Shown: piece by piece, positions 50,972-62,970 of the stretch | Numbering within the stretch: the stretch's first letter is position 1 | How the letters are laid out: each line of letters begins with the position of its first letter | Assembly: GCF_902713615.1 (NCBI RefSeq) | Contig: NC_052159.1 | Location: 90,868,520-90,932,519, forward strand | Reading direction: 5' to 3' | Length of the DNA stretch: 64,000 nucleotides | From: Scyliorhinus canicula | Taxonomy: Eukaryota | The notes under the pieces: generated by a model | The model's input: only the letters and a program-made list of their open reading frames with translations | What the model was told of the DNA's origin: nothing | Databases searched by the model: none | Translations under genes and position numbers: made by a program

Positions 50972-51600
50972 GGAAACCATGAGACGCCTCTGTGAAATGT
51001 TGAACGAAGACCTGAAGTCAATCTCGAAAGCTCGCACTATCTTAACAGTGGGGAAGTAAACTCATGACAGCACAGAATTTCTTTGTGTCTAGGTTTTTTC
51101 AACATGGCATTTAGTGTAACATTTCAGAGAATGTTGCGAGGACCTGCAGTCAGGTAACTATAGTCTGGTAACTATAGCAATTTTTGTTAGGGCTTGAATT
51201 TTTTTCTTGACTTACCCTTTGTTAGGATGAGGAAGAGGTCCCTCGCATTCAACATGATTACTGGTTTCCTGAAAGTTATTGGAGCTGTAGACGAAATGCA
51301 AATTCCATTGAAGGTGCTTTTGGATGAGGCTGTTTCTTTTCATCAACGTGAAGGATTTCTATTCTTTAAATGTGATGATCGTGTGTGATGTCCAATCAAG
51401 GATCCTCAATGTAAATTCAAAAAACGGGAATGTGCCCATGACTCATTGGTTTAACTAATGTTACATTGGATCATGTCAAAACCACCAAGAATTACAGGAT
51501 GGCTACCCAGTGATAAGCGATACCTACTGAGAGGGTGGCTTATTACATCATTTTTTGAGGACCACCAATAAAGCACAGGAATGGTACGACCATGTGCATG
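50972..51600 (+). mobile_element. Second Harbinger transposase fossil (catalytic region)
   Basis: ETMRRLCEML; GFLKVIGAVDEMQIPLK (cf. GFPxVxGAIDCTHI); FHQREGF (cf. NRKGF); GWLPSDKRYLLRGWLIT (cf. GWLLGDKGYPL). Confidence 0.72.
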
Positions 51601-51869
51601 TAGCCACATGTAGGGGAACCTCGCGATGATGTAAACGCGAATGATGATCAGGCGAAGAATCGGGCGTTCCTCCAAAATTGTGGTCCGTGCCCAGTGCCGA
51701 TTCAGGCACCATACTCCAGTCACTCACTGGTGACGATAACGAGTGTCATAATATACACCAGTATATCATGGTGCAGACACACACTGATGGACACACACAG
51801 GGACCAATCAACATGTACAAACACCGCAGCCAATCACCAGTTAGAATACACACACTATAAAGGCAGAGG

Positions 51870-52155
51870 TGTGGTGGTATGATTAACATAGCTGCCTGCC
51901 ATTGGTGCAGAACACTGGCTTACCATTGGCCCTGGTCGGTCATGTGCCTCTCGACCGATTGGTTGAGACCAGTCATGTGACGGCTCCCCGATTGGTCGAG
52001 AGGCTGAGTTAACCCCGCCTCCAGGGCGAGGTATAAATACCCAGTACGCCCGGGGGTCGTCCATTTACTGTAGCCGACCGCAGGGCTAACATCTAGCTTA
52101 TTAAAGCCTTACTTTTGTACAGCAACTCGTCTCGCGTTCAATTGATGGTTCATCA
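51870..52155 (+). mobile_element. Solo LTR nested inside the Gypsy 5' LTR
   Basis: TG...CA termini, 5-bp TSD AGAGG (51865-69 / 52156-60), TATAAA and ATTAAA. Confidence 0.9.
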
Positions 52156-52503
52156 AGAGGGCACCATGGTTCCCGCTGATTCTGGGTGCTGCCTCTGAGT
52201 GTAACAAGAACTCATCCAGCCCAGCACAGACTTACAACACGTGCTGAGAGAATCAACTGGTTCAGACAAGGCTTAGGTCTCTAGTTCAAGTTAGCTTCAT
52301 TTAGACCCACAGTCATCGTGTGTTAGTTAGTTAGAAGTAATTAATACAATTGAGTTGAACATTCATCAGTGTTGGAAGTGTCTGTTCATCTCTCAAGTCT
52401 ACACTAGCCAACACTTCATGGTTACAGAAGTTGAGGGTTGCTCGCACTTCTGAGACCTACCTTTCAGTGATCTGCCTTCCACCAGTCTCGTGCCATCCTA
52501 CAG

Positions 52504-52672
52504 AATGAAATGAAAATGAAAAATGAAAATCACTTATTGTCACGAGTAGGCTTCAAATGAAGTTACTGTGAAAAGCCCCTAGTCACCACATTCTAGCGCC
52601 TGTTCGGGAAGGCTGTTACGGGAATCGAACCGTGCTGCTGGCCTGCTTGGTCTGCTTTCAAAACCAGCGATT
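52504..52672 (-). mobile_element. 5'-truncated SINE-type element in the Gypsy leader
   Basis: Matches 27430-27574; (atgaaa)n tail. Confidence 0.75.
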
Positions 52673-55600
52673 TAATGGACTCCGTTCACCCGCCTCTCCG
52701 CATTGCAGGGAATCTGGGCTCGAACTGGAAACTTTTCAAACAGGGCTTCCAGCTGTACCTCGAGGCCAGGGACCTGGAAGCTGCATCGGACGCACCGAAG
52801 ATTGCTCTCTTCCTCTTCACAGCCGGTGACCATGCTCTGCACATTTACAACTCGCTCACCTTTGATGAGAGGGAGGACAAATCGAAGTTCAAGACCATAA
52901 TTCTGAAGTTCGACAGCCACTGTGCGGTCGAGGTCAAGGAGAGCTTCGAGAGATACATGTTCCAGCAGCGAATTCAGGGTAAGGACGAGCCTTTCCAGTC
53001 CTTTATTACGCACCTCCGCGTCCTTGCGCAGTCCTGCAACGGGTCCATCCTCTGACTCCATGCTCCGTGACCAGATTGTTTTTGGTGTTCAATCTGAGCC
53101 CCTGCGCCAGCAACTACTAAAAGTAAAGCAGCTCACTCTCTCCATGGCCATTGAGACCTGTGTACTTCATGAACATGCCTCCACGCGCTACTCCTGTATC
53201 CAGGCTGCTGAAAAGGTGCGGCAAGCCCCTTACGAGGCAGAACGGGTCCAAATGATTAAATTTTTTCAGGCTCTGGATCTGAACGATGGCGGCCATTTCG
53301 CGCACTTTTTGTGGAGTCCCGCGCTTACACGTAGCAAGCGTGCTGAAGTCATGGACCGCTTCGCGCAGGTGCGCGCTATGCTGGATCGCCCCGCGCGTAT
53401 GCAGTGGCGCAACGAATGTCCAGACGTTCCGGCGTGCGGCAACTGTAGCTCCGCCCACTTAAAGCGGCAATGTCCCGCGAAGTCCCGATGCTGCTTGCTG
53501 TGTGGCAAACGAGGCCACTACGCTACAATGTGCAGATCTTCCCTGCCTGCTGTTTTTTGAAGGTCCACCCAGCCCCACAGAGACGTCAGGGCTATCCAGC
53601 CTGCCATCAATGAACCTACTCTACACCTTGATTCCGACTGTGCCTGCAATGACCCACAGGTCCCGTTCCAAATCGGTGTCGTTACTACGAACAGGATGTC
53701 CCCCAAGCGTGGCACTGAACCCGTCCACATCCACAGCGTCGACCAGGATGATGAGTGGTGTGCCACCCTTACGGTCAACCAGTCCCCTGTCAGGTTCCGC
53801 CTGGACACTGGCGCTTCTGCCAATCTCATCGCGTCATCTGATTTTCGCAAGCTCTGCGTACAGCCTGCTGTCCTGCCATCTGCATGTAAATTGCTGGACT
53901 ACAATGGCAATGCCATCGCCGCCAGCGGCTCCTGCCGCCTTGAGGTGACACATTGTGCTCACACAGTCATTCTCCCGTTCGAGATTGTTGCTGCCTCAAA
54001 AGCCTCCTTGCTTGGTGCGCAGGCATGCAAGCTGCTCCACTTAGTGCAGAGAGTACACTCTCTCTCTTCAAGCGATGTGTCTGCATCCTCTGACACAGAC
54101 TTCAGGGCGCAACTCGACTCCATCATCCAGCAATACCATGATGTTTCTGAAGGCATGGGCATGCTCCCGTACACGTACAAAATCTTACTCAAGCCCAAGC
54201 CTGTCGTTCACCCACCTCGCAGAGTCCCAGCTCCCCTCAAGGACTGCCTCAAGCAACAGCTCCAGGACCTCCAGGACCAATGAGTCATTTCTAGGGTCAA
54301 GGAACCCACAGACTGGGTAAGCTCCATGGTCTGCGTCAAGAAGCCATCTGGGGAGCTGTGGATCTCTATTGATCCTAAAGATTTGAATCTGAATATCATG
54401 CGGGAGCACTGCCCAATTCCGAAACGTGAGGAGCTCACGTCCGAGATGGCCCACGCCAAACTATTCTCAAAACTGGATGCCTCGAAGGGTTTCTGGCAGA
54501 TCCAACTAGATGAGTCAAGCAGGAAGCTGTGTACATTCAACACATCCTTTGGCAGGTTCTGCTACAACCGGATGCCATTCGGCATCATCTCTGCCTCCGA
54601 AGTTTTCCACCGGATCATGGAGCAGATGATGGAGGGGATCGACGGCGTCCGGGTATATGTCGACGACATTATTATCTGGTCAACCACCCCGCAGGAACAC
54701 ATTACCCATCTTAAGCGCATTTTCAGGCGCATCCACGAACACGGCCTCCGCCTCAATATGGCCAAATGCTCCTTCGGCCAGTCGAGTATCAAGTTTCTGG
54801 GGGATCACATCTCCCACCAGGAGGTGCGTCCGGACGAGGACAAGATTGCAGCAATCATGTCCATGAAGACGCCCGATGACAAGAAAGCGGTCCTCCGGTT
54901 CCTGGGTATGGTGAATTTCCTTGGGAAGTTCGTCCCGAATCTCGCCTCACACACCACGGCCCTCAGAGATCTGATTTGCAAAACCACAGATTTCCGATTG
55001 CTCCCTGCTCACGAGCGTGAATGGCAGGAGCTGAAGGCCAAGCTTTCCACAGCCCCTGTGTTGGCCTTTTTCGACCCGTCCAAAGAGACCAAAATCTCTA
55101 CTGATGCCAGTCAGTCGGGGATTGGTGCCGTGCTCCTCCAACGAGACGAGACCTCGTCATGGGCCCCCGTTGCGTATGCGTCACGGGCGATGACCCCCAC
55201 AGAGCAGCGGTGTGCGCAAATTGAGAAAGAGTATCTCGGCCTTCTCACTGGAGTCGTGAAGTTCCACGACTACGTCGATGGACTTCCGCGGTTCACGGTT
55301 GAAACCGACCATCGCCCCCTTGTAAATATTATCAAAAAGGACTTGAATGACATGACGCCTTGCCTCCAGCGTATCCTACTCAAGCTGCGCAGGTACGACT
55401 TTCAACTGATCTATACCCCTGGCAAGGACCTTGCCATTGCCGATGCCCTCTCAAGGTCGATCACAACTCCATGTGATCATGACGGCTTCATTTGCCAAAT
55501 AGCTGGTCACGTTCAGTTTGCAGCCTCCCATTTGCCAGCTACGGATGCACGACTGATGCAAATTCGCCGCGAGACAGCGGCTGATCCACTTCTGCAGCAG

Positions 55601-55993
55601 GTGAAGCGGCTAATGTCAGACGGGGGGGCTCAAGGGCCAATGCCCGTAATTTTACAACTAGGTCCGCGATGACCTAGCGGTTGTCGACGGGGTGCTCCTG
55701 AAACTGGATCGCATCGTCGTCCCACAAAGCATGCGCCAGCTAGTGTTGGAGCAAATCCGTGAAGGCCATTTAGGAATCGAGAAGTGTCGCTATCTACCTG
55801 GCCGCAGCTGCAGTTGAGGACGCACAGAAGCTGGAGGCACAGGGGCTGCTCAGGGAGGACCCTGCAAAAAGAAGCCTGCCCTACACGAGCAAGGCCCGCC
55901 GGTGAGGCATGAGTGCCGGCCAAGGAGGAGGTGCGAAGGAGGCATCCAGAGCAGCCAATGAGTTTTACTCTGGGTCTGCTGTGAAAGCTGTTT

Positions 55994-56614
55994 CTAGCTC
56001 TTCGCCACACTAGCTGATGCTGGAGCCTTTGCTGGATTGAGGAGTTTTGGTTGATCCATGGTGCCTGTGCTCGAACGCTGTACTGCATCCCCATGAACTG
56101 GTGAGGCATCCAATGTCGGCATACTTTTGGACACTTTCGCAGTTGCTGGTAAGTTTGTGACTTCAGGAATGATCTGCACACCCTCACATTCCGGTATCTT
56201 AGCTGGATCAATGTCCTCAACATTCGGCATCACTTTTTCACTTTGTGTTTTAGCCTCAATTAGTGGCTTATCCTTATCTGATACAATGATACATGCTTCA
56301 TCTTTTGTTGTAGACCAGCACAAAAATGTATCCATCTGTTCTTGCTGCAGGTTTTTTGATGGACTGGCCTCAAGTACTTGGGAATCCACTGCAGGAACCA
56401 TTCCGTGGGCATAGGATAAATCATCATGCTTCTCTGGAGCCAATTTCTCCATATTGGGGTTTATTTCTTCAGTTACCAGTTGGCTGTTCACAATTGAATT
56501 GCTCACAGCTAATTTGTCTGCTGCTGCAATCTCACTTTCAATTTCTGCACACTCCAGGTTAGAACCTTTGCACTCATTGCTGTCCTGCACAGGTTGGAAG
56601 CTACTTGTTATCAT
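55994..56614 (-). other. Unassigned 206-aa open frame (acidic, low complexity)
   Basis: Stop-free for 621 nt with protein-like composition and no recognised domain. Adjacent to the NAP1L retro-fragment once the solo LTR is removed. Confidence 0.35.
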
Positions 56615-56633
56615 CTCGTCACTATTGGCAAAT

Positions 56634-57189
56634 TGTTATGGGCTAGAGTTTAGAGAACACCGAAGTATATCATAGGGTTCACCTGATCTACAACTTTTAA
56701 CAGATTTTAGTTATGAGGAGCACAAGGACCCACTTTCCAGGTGTTATGGAACTTAAGTATTTTTCAACAAAACAATGTTTATTCTATGAAACCAGTTTAT
56801 AAATACACAGTAAACATCTTATCAACTACCAACACTGATACCCCCCCTCAAAGATACAGTACTCTCTAGGTAACCCTTAGTAATTCTCCAAACAACATCC
56901 ATAAGCCAAACACCTTTTTTTTCCTACAAAGACAATAAGTTTGCATTCCTTACAGAAACAGGTATTACTCTGAAATTGTCAAGTGATCTGGAGACATTCT
57001 TTAGCATGCAGAGAGAGAGACCAAAAATACACCTTCTTGGTTTGGATGCAGCTCCCCAGCTGAAAACTGAAAGTAAAACTCAGAGCCACAAAGCTTCCAG
57101 CTCAAAACAAAAATAAAAACCAGAGCCAGAGCCCAGCTCTGCAGCCACTTGTGAAGACATTCATTTCTTAAAGTGACATTTCCATGACA
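56634..57189 (-). mobile_element. Solo LTR (556 bp)
   Basis: TGTTAT...ATGACA with TSD AAAT (56630-33 / 57190-93). Same family as 26740-27880. Confidence 0.9.
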
Positions 57190-57199
57190 AAATAAACTA

Positions 57200-58052
57200 A
57201 ATTAACCTCATGGTCTTCCTCCTCTCGCTCATCATCTGATTCTTAACTTTCCTCATCATAATCATCATCGTCGTAATCATCATCATCATAATAATCATCA
57301 TCAGCAATAGCTTCTCCTGTGAAGTATAACACAGCTCATGGAATTATGTGATCCTGCAAGAAGTGACCAATTTCAAAGTCAGCAGTGAATCTTGCTGCAG
57401 AACCTTCATCCAATTTCCCATTCTCCAGATTGTCAGGAGGACCCCAAAAAATTGAAGAATGAATTATTTGGTATAGTTTTTGTAACTGTTCTATCAGTGC
57501 ACTGATACTTATAGATTTATAGAATCATAGAATTTAAAGTGCAGACGGAGGCCATTTGGCCCATCGAGTCTGCGCCTTGGAAAGAGCACCCTACACAAGC
57601 CCACACCTCCACCTTATACCCGTAACCCCACCCTTATGCCTCTGCTTCATTTGAATGGTCTTCATGGTAATGTGTAGCGTTGTTTCCTTTCTTCCAGTTG
57701 ATTTGGCATCCTGTGCATCCCATAATTTCTGGTCCACCAAAGAAGAAAACATCTGACTCATCAGGCTGTGACTTCACTGTGTATGTCTTGATCATTGCTT
57801 CATTTGTGAAGTATTCATTTGGCTCAAACTTCAACTCCAGAGTAAAATTCATTGGCTACTCTGGACCTGAAAATATCACCCCGAAGTCTTGTAAATGCTT
57901 TAGGATAGGCTCATGGTGGTCCTGTATCATTTCACTGAGCAAATCCACATTCTTGAAGACTGCATTTGGCTCCTCCATCTCTTCATCTGGTTTATCTTCC
58001 TCCACCTTTACTTTTGCTTTTATCTCATCGGATAACTGCTCCACTTCATCTC
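57200..58052 (-). pseudogene. NAP1L1: NAP1L1/NAP1L4-like processed pseudogene (5'-truncated)
   Basis: VFKNVDLLSEMIQDHHEPILKHL; FEPNEYFTNE...GPEIMGCTGCQINWKKG; RTVTKTIPNNSFFNF; ADFEIGHFL..IIP*AVLYFTGEAI followed by an acidic tract. No introns across a normally multi-exon region. Contains stops, frameshifts and a SINE fragment at 57513-57632. Confidence 0.92.
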
Positions 58053-58084
58053 ATTGCAAGCTGCAATGATTCTCTGTTGCAGCA

Positions 58085-58280
58085 CTGTCTGGAATGTACA
58101 GGTGCTCAACTAGGCTCAGTGCCTAACACGCTTCTGCTCCTATGATGGAACCCCGTTCCATGTCCACAATGGAAAATGTTGTGGTGTGACTTCTGTTGTG
58201 TACCCATGCTTCAAGTTCACATGCGCCTAACGTCACAATTTCTTTCCCATTGTAGTCTCTCAGCACTCTTGTTTGAGTGA
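58085..58280 (-). mobile_element. Gypsy protease-region fragment
   Basis: Reverse translation VLRDYNGKEIVTLGACELEA...FSIVDMERGSIIGAEAC*ALSLV parallels LLDYNGNAIAASGSC...LLGAQACKLLHLV of the 53696 ORF. Confidence 0.8.
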
Positions 58281-58762
58281 GAGGGGCGGGGAAATCATTA
58301 GCAGACTCCCTGCATAAATAGAGCTGGCCAGTTTGGAACCAGCAGAGAGAGAGGAGTGAGCAGCAAGGGAAGTTGCTGCTGCTATTGTATATCTATGTTA
58401 TTGTAAATAAATGTTATTTCTTTGTAGCCTGAAAACTCGTGCTGGATTCTTCGTGGCCCTCACAAAACTGGCGACGAGGATGGGTTGTTAGAACTTGCCT
58501 GCTTACCATTGGCTGGGGACTAATGACAATCCCACAATCCTATGGGAGTATGAGCTTCCCCAATGAGGAGGGGCGGAGAAATCATTAGCAGACTCCCTGC
58601 ATAAATAGAGCTGGCCAGTTTGGAACCAGCAGAGAGAGAGGAGTGAGCAGCAAGGGAAGTTGCTGCTGCTGTTGTATATATATATATATATGTTATTGTA
58701 TATAAATGTTATTTCTTTGTATCCTGAAAACTCATGCTGGATTCTTTGTGGACCTCACAAAA
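58281..58762 (+). mobile_element. Tandem LTR - PBS - LTR structure
   Basis: Partial LTR 58281-58467, PBS tggcgacgaggatggg 58469-58484, and full LTR 58486-58762. The two copies are nearly identical where they overlap. Confidence 0.85.
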
Positions 58763-59124
58763 GTTAGCATATAACTTTTTTTTACCCTTTGACTCAGCCC
58801 CACATCTTAATCACTATTGTTCATCATGGGGTTGGAGAGACCCATAGGCCTTCATATGTGCTGCTCCTGTTCAGAGAGGACTTTAATGTATGCCCCACCC
58901 CCTCCCCCCTCCAGGCAGTGTGCACTGCCGGGTATTATGAACCAATTTTACAGCTTTACCTACAGAATGAAATAGAAATTTCTTTTAAAATTCTGGCCAT
59001 CCTGTCCTGTGACCCATTTTACAAATTCTGGAGACAGCTGAAAGCTTGCACCTGGGGGGACATTTTGTTCTATTATAACACTTATGACAAAGTCAAGAGC
59101 CATTTCCAAGGTGACTGCATTTTA

Positions 59125-59430
59125 CAACACCTCAGGAAGTTAGCAAAGAAACTATACTGTCCTCTGAAGATTGGCAGGGACTAGTTACTTGCATATCCAA
59201 GGCGAAGATGTTTTATGATACTTCAGAAAGTTAGCAAAGAAACTGAATTGTCCGATGAATATTGGATAGAACTAATTTGTTTCATACCAAAGCATCTTCA
59301 TTTTCGATGCCTCCAAAAATCAGCAAGGTTAGATGGAACTATTTCACAGCATCTCCAGGGCAACTGAAATTTATGTCGCCTCCAAAAGTTAACAAATAAA
59401 CTGTGTTGTGTTCTATCAGGATTGGATTTG
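59125..59430. repeat. Degenerate tandem repeat with period of about 90 bp
   Basis: aagttagcaaagaaact-type anchors recur at about 59131, 59221, 59311 and 59380. Confidence 0.6.
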
Positions 59431-59719
59431 ATCTCTCAGAAACTTAATAAACAACATAGCCATTTCTGCCCTTTCTTAATTTTTAAAGTGAGAAACTAGG
59501 AATTTAAGTTTCAGAAATTCCTTTATGTATTCAGATATATACTTACCCTGGATGAACGCAGTAAATCATTTTGTTTCTCACAGCACTGATCCATTATCCC
59601 AGTATATCGCTGCCCAAGCTGTTAGCTGTTGTAACCTGTCCTAACCTGCCCGGATCCTATTGGCTGGGGACAATTATTTACCCCATGAACTCTTATGCGG
59701 TCAATCGACTAATTAGAAT

Positions 59720-60078
59720 AAAAGAAACAAACTCAGGGGCACTACCAAAACAAAACAAAGATCAATGGAAACTTGACAAACATCAAGAAGGTCATGCAGT
59801 TAAGAGGGTCAATAAAGCACACCAGTCACTGCGGATCCCACCGAGCACGGAAAGCCTCAATGGTGCCCATGATCATGGCATGCTCCCTTTCCAGGAACAC
59901 CCAGCCACAATCATAGCCACGGAAGAGGGGCAGACAATCCGGCTGGACAACCCAGTCAGTCACCTGTTAATGACAAGTTTCACCTGGCCCAGGTGTAGGT
60001 TCATGAGGAGATCCTCCTTCCTCCCTGCCCCCACCGCACCAGGTGCCCATAGATCAGGAACTTGGGACTACAGTGCAA
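59720..60078 (-). mobile_element. Tx1-clade LINE 3' fragment
   Basis: Reverse translation HCSPKFLIYGHLVR...EDLLMNLHLGQVKLVINR, typical of Tx1 ORF2 C-termini. Confidence 0.6.
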
Positions 60079-60534
60079 ACAAAACTTCAACACAAGGTTA
60101 GTTAAGAAACTAAAGAGGGAGTGTAGCCTAAAACATTCAACGTAGCCGTGATGCATGGATTCCACTTAGCCACAAAAATGTCAGGGTTCTTGCGAGTCCG
60201 TGAACCGGTGCAATCAGTGATTGCACGGTACTGCTGCATGCATCACTCTTCACCAAGGTCTCTGAGACTGAGGGAGAGGACAACCTATGTCCAATGTGGA
60301 ATTCTGTCCAAGCAGAGGTCACCTCAGACGGGGTGCACCGCACACCTGCGCAGGCTCAAGACTGCGCGTGCCATCAGGTCCGAGCATGACCATTTTGAGG
60401 CTTTGGATGGCATCGGCTGTGAGTTGGACGGCCACTACCACGCACGGAGCCAACTCATGGTGTGTCATCAAGCCCACTCCTCTGCCACCCAGTACGCCCC
60501 TGATCCTGGTCACCTCAGCAGCCACAGCCCTCTG

Positions 60535-61759
60535 TTGTGGGGAGGAAAAATCCAAAACTCCCGAGAAAATCACTGCAAAGGAAAAGAAGCATGGGAGGCC
60601 TGGCTCCTCCCAAATCTGCCACATTATTACAGGGCAGCAACGGCCTAGGGGGCGAATGGATGGGTGAAGGAACTAAAAATGGAATGGGTAATGATGGAGG
60701 AGTCCTCCTGAACAGGAATGATCCTCCAAGCCCTCACCATGACAGCACGCCCATCCCCGCCAGCAATACACTCAACCAGTGGTAGTAGCAACACAACAAA
60801 CCGGAACCAGATGAGACAGCCCTTCAGTCTGACCAAGGTGTCCACCCCTGGCCCCCATCTGCAGAAACCACAAATTTCTACCATTAATGCTAGACGCCAC
60901 CTTTAAGAGGTGGAGATAGGATGGGAGGACACTAGTGGTTAGCGACGTCTACACAGGGGACAGACGTGTGACCCTAGAAGAGCTGATGGAGAAAAAGGAG
61001 CTACTGAATGGACAGGAACTCCGACATTTGCAAAAGAAAACATTTTTTCCACAAGGAAATGACAAATAACTCTAAGGCGCTGAGGGACACAATGTTGGAG
61101 AAGTTACTGGACGCGGACAGTCTGAAAAAGGGGAACTGAGGGGACATAAACGGACGATTCTTAGAAAGGACACGCTCCCCACTGGACGGAACAAGGTAGA
61201 AATGAAAGGAAGAGTTGGGACGGAAGTAGGGTGAGGATACTGGAGCGTAGCACTGAACAGGGCCAAATCCACCTCCTCCTGCCTCATGCAGCTTAAAGTG
61301 GTGCACAGAGCACACCTGTCAAGAAACCGAAATGATAGGTTCTTCACAGAGGTGGAGGACAAATGTGAATGGTGTCAGCGAGGCCCAGACAACCACACCC
61401 ACATGTACTGGGCATTCCGTCTACTTGCCAGCTTTTGGACAGCCTTCTTTGAAGCAATTTCCAAGGTTGTGGGGGTGAGGGTGGAGATGTGCCCAACAGT
61501 GACGGTCTTCAGGATATTGGACTAGCCAGAACTTCATATGGGGAAGAAAATTGATGCGCTTGCCTTTGCTTCCCCAATCATACCACGGAGAATCCTGCTC
61601 AGCTGGAGATCAGCAGCACCACCTACAGCTGCAGACTGTCCGGCAGAACTATTGGAATTTCTGGAGAAGATCAAGTACACCATCCGAGGTTGGAAGATGG
61701 CTTCCACAAGGTGCGGGGACCATTCATCAGCCTGTTCCGAGGCCTGTTCAAAGCCAACA

Positions 61760-61792
<33 letters not shown>

Positions 61793-62100
61793 CGGGGGGG
61801 GGGGGGGGCGGGGGGGGGGGGGCACGGGAGACATCAGGGCCACAGAAAGCAAACAGGAAGGGACAATTGGGAGAGACCCAAGGAAACACCAAAGGTGAGC
61901 CCAGGAAGAGACAAACACAAGGTCCAGTTGGCCAGTCACAATGCCATAAGAATAAGACCACCGCCAAACAGATCATCTACTGTGAGGTAGGATAGGACCT
62001 GGAGACAGTAGAAAGGGGGCTGGGAGAATCAGGGGACCGGGGTGGGAGGTGCAGTGTAAAAATGCAAGCTTTAATAAAATATTTTAAAAAGAAAATAAAG
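60535..62100 (+). mobile_element. L1-clade LINE 3' fragment
   Basis: KRSMGGLA/PNLPHYYRAA; zinc-finger region QLKVVHRAHLS...KCEWCQRGPDNHTHMYW; G-rich 3' UTR and A-rich end. Confidence 0.85.
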
Positions 62101-62620
62101 AGATCAGCCAAACTGATATTACAACAATGAGCATCTGTTATTTTAGGAAGAATGAGCAACTTAAATGTCCCCTTTGCCCTTCTTAGTACCCGACATACTT
62201 TATTGGACAACTCTTAATCCAATCCTCTTAATTTTAACTGCCTACATGATCAAGAATGAAGTTTCAATGTTTGAAAGACAACACCACAGTTAATTCACTG
62301 TGCTCACTGGTGCCTATGTAGAAACACAGCTAGTGCAAGTATTGGACTGAACCTTGCTGTAACACCGTACACTAATCCGAGGCTGTTGATTCATTCTCGT
62401 GAATCTTTTAACTCCACCAGCTTTTGTATTTGTTTCTCGGTTTAGGCTGGGTGGTTTAGGTTTTGACCCCACTACAGTCTGCAAGCTTCCCACCCAAACT
62501 GGTGTACTGAGCCATTCTGCGCTCTCTGGAGTTCTTATTTATCTATTTGGATCAGGTAAAACTGGGCTGTTAACGCATAATAACTGCGAAACAGCCTCAG
62601 TAGCCTTCAGAGCCTCAATT

Positions 62621-62970
62621 CATAGAACATATAGAACAGTACAGCACAGAACAGGCCCTTCAGCCCTCAATGTTGTGCCGAGCCATGATCACCCTACTCA
62701 AACCCACGTATCCACCCTATACCCGTAACCCAACAACCCCCCACCCCTTAACCTTACTTTTTAGGACACTACGGGCAATTTAGCATGGCCAATCCACCTA
62801 ACCCGCACATCTTTGGACTGTGGGAGGAAACCGGAGCACCTGGAGGAAACCCACGCACACACGGGGAGGATGTGCAGACTTCACACAGACAGTGACCCAG
62901 CCGGGAACCGAACCTGGGACCCTGGAGCTGTGAAGCATTTATGCTAACCACCATGCTACCGTGCTGCCCA
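62621..62970 (-). mobile_element. HE1 SINE (young subfamily)
   Basis: Near-identical to 26915-27267. Confidence 0.92.

Larger units (their letters stand above)
51744..55790 (+). mobile_element. Ty3/Gypsy LTR retrotransposon, 3'-truncated (5' LTR, gag, PR, RT, RNase H, start of integrase)
   Basis: LTR TGTCAT...CTTCA at 51744-52418, then PBS-like tggttacaga. gag from 52675 with Zn knuckle CLLCGKRGHYATMC. Protease FRLDTGA, RT YVDDII, RNase H TDASQSGIGAVL, integrase GHLGIEKCR. A few stops and frameshifts; no 3' LTR. Confidence 0.95.

Noticed and set aside
51744-55790. Active or domesticated Gypsy gene
   Set aside because: It has a gag frameshift, an in-frame TGA at 54281, a frameshift near 55625, and lacks the integrase core and 3' LTR.
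56630-57206. GT-AG intron joining NAP1L to the 206-aa ORF
   Set aside because: Splicing GAG|gttaat...aatag|TGA gives an immediate stop, and the pre-LTR interval would be only 25 nt.
61538-61995. Gly-rich and Pro-rich ORFs
   Set aside because: They derive from a poly-G run in an L1 3' UTR, and the homopolymer length may be unreliable.
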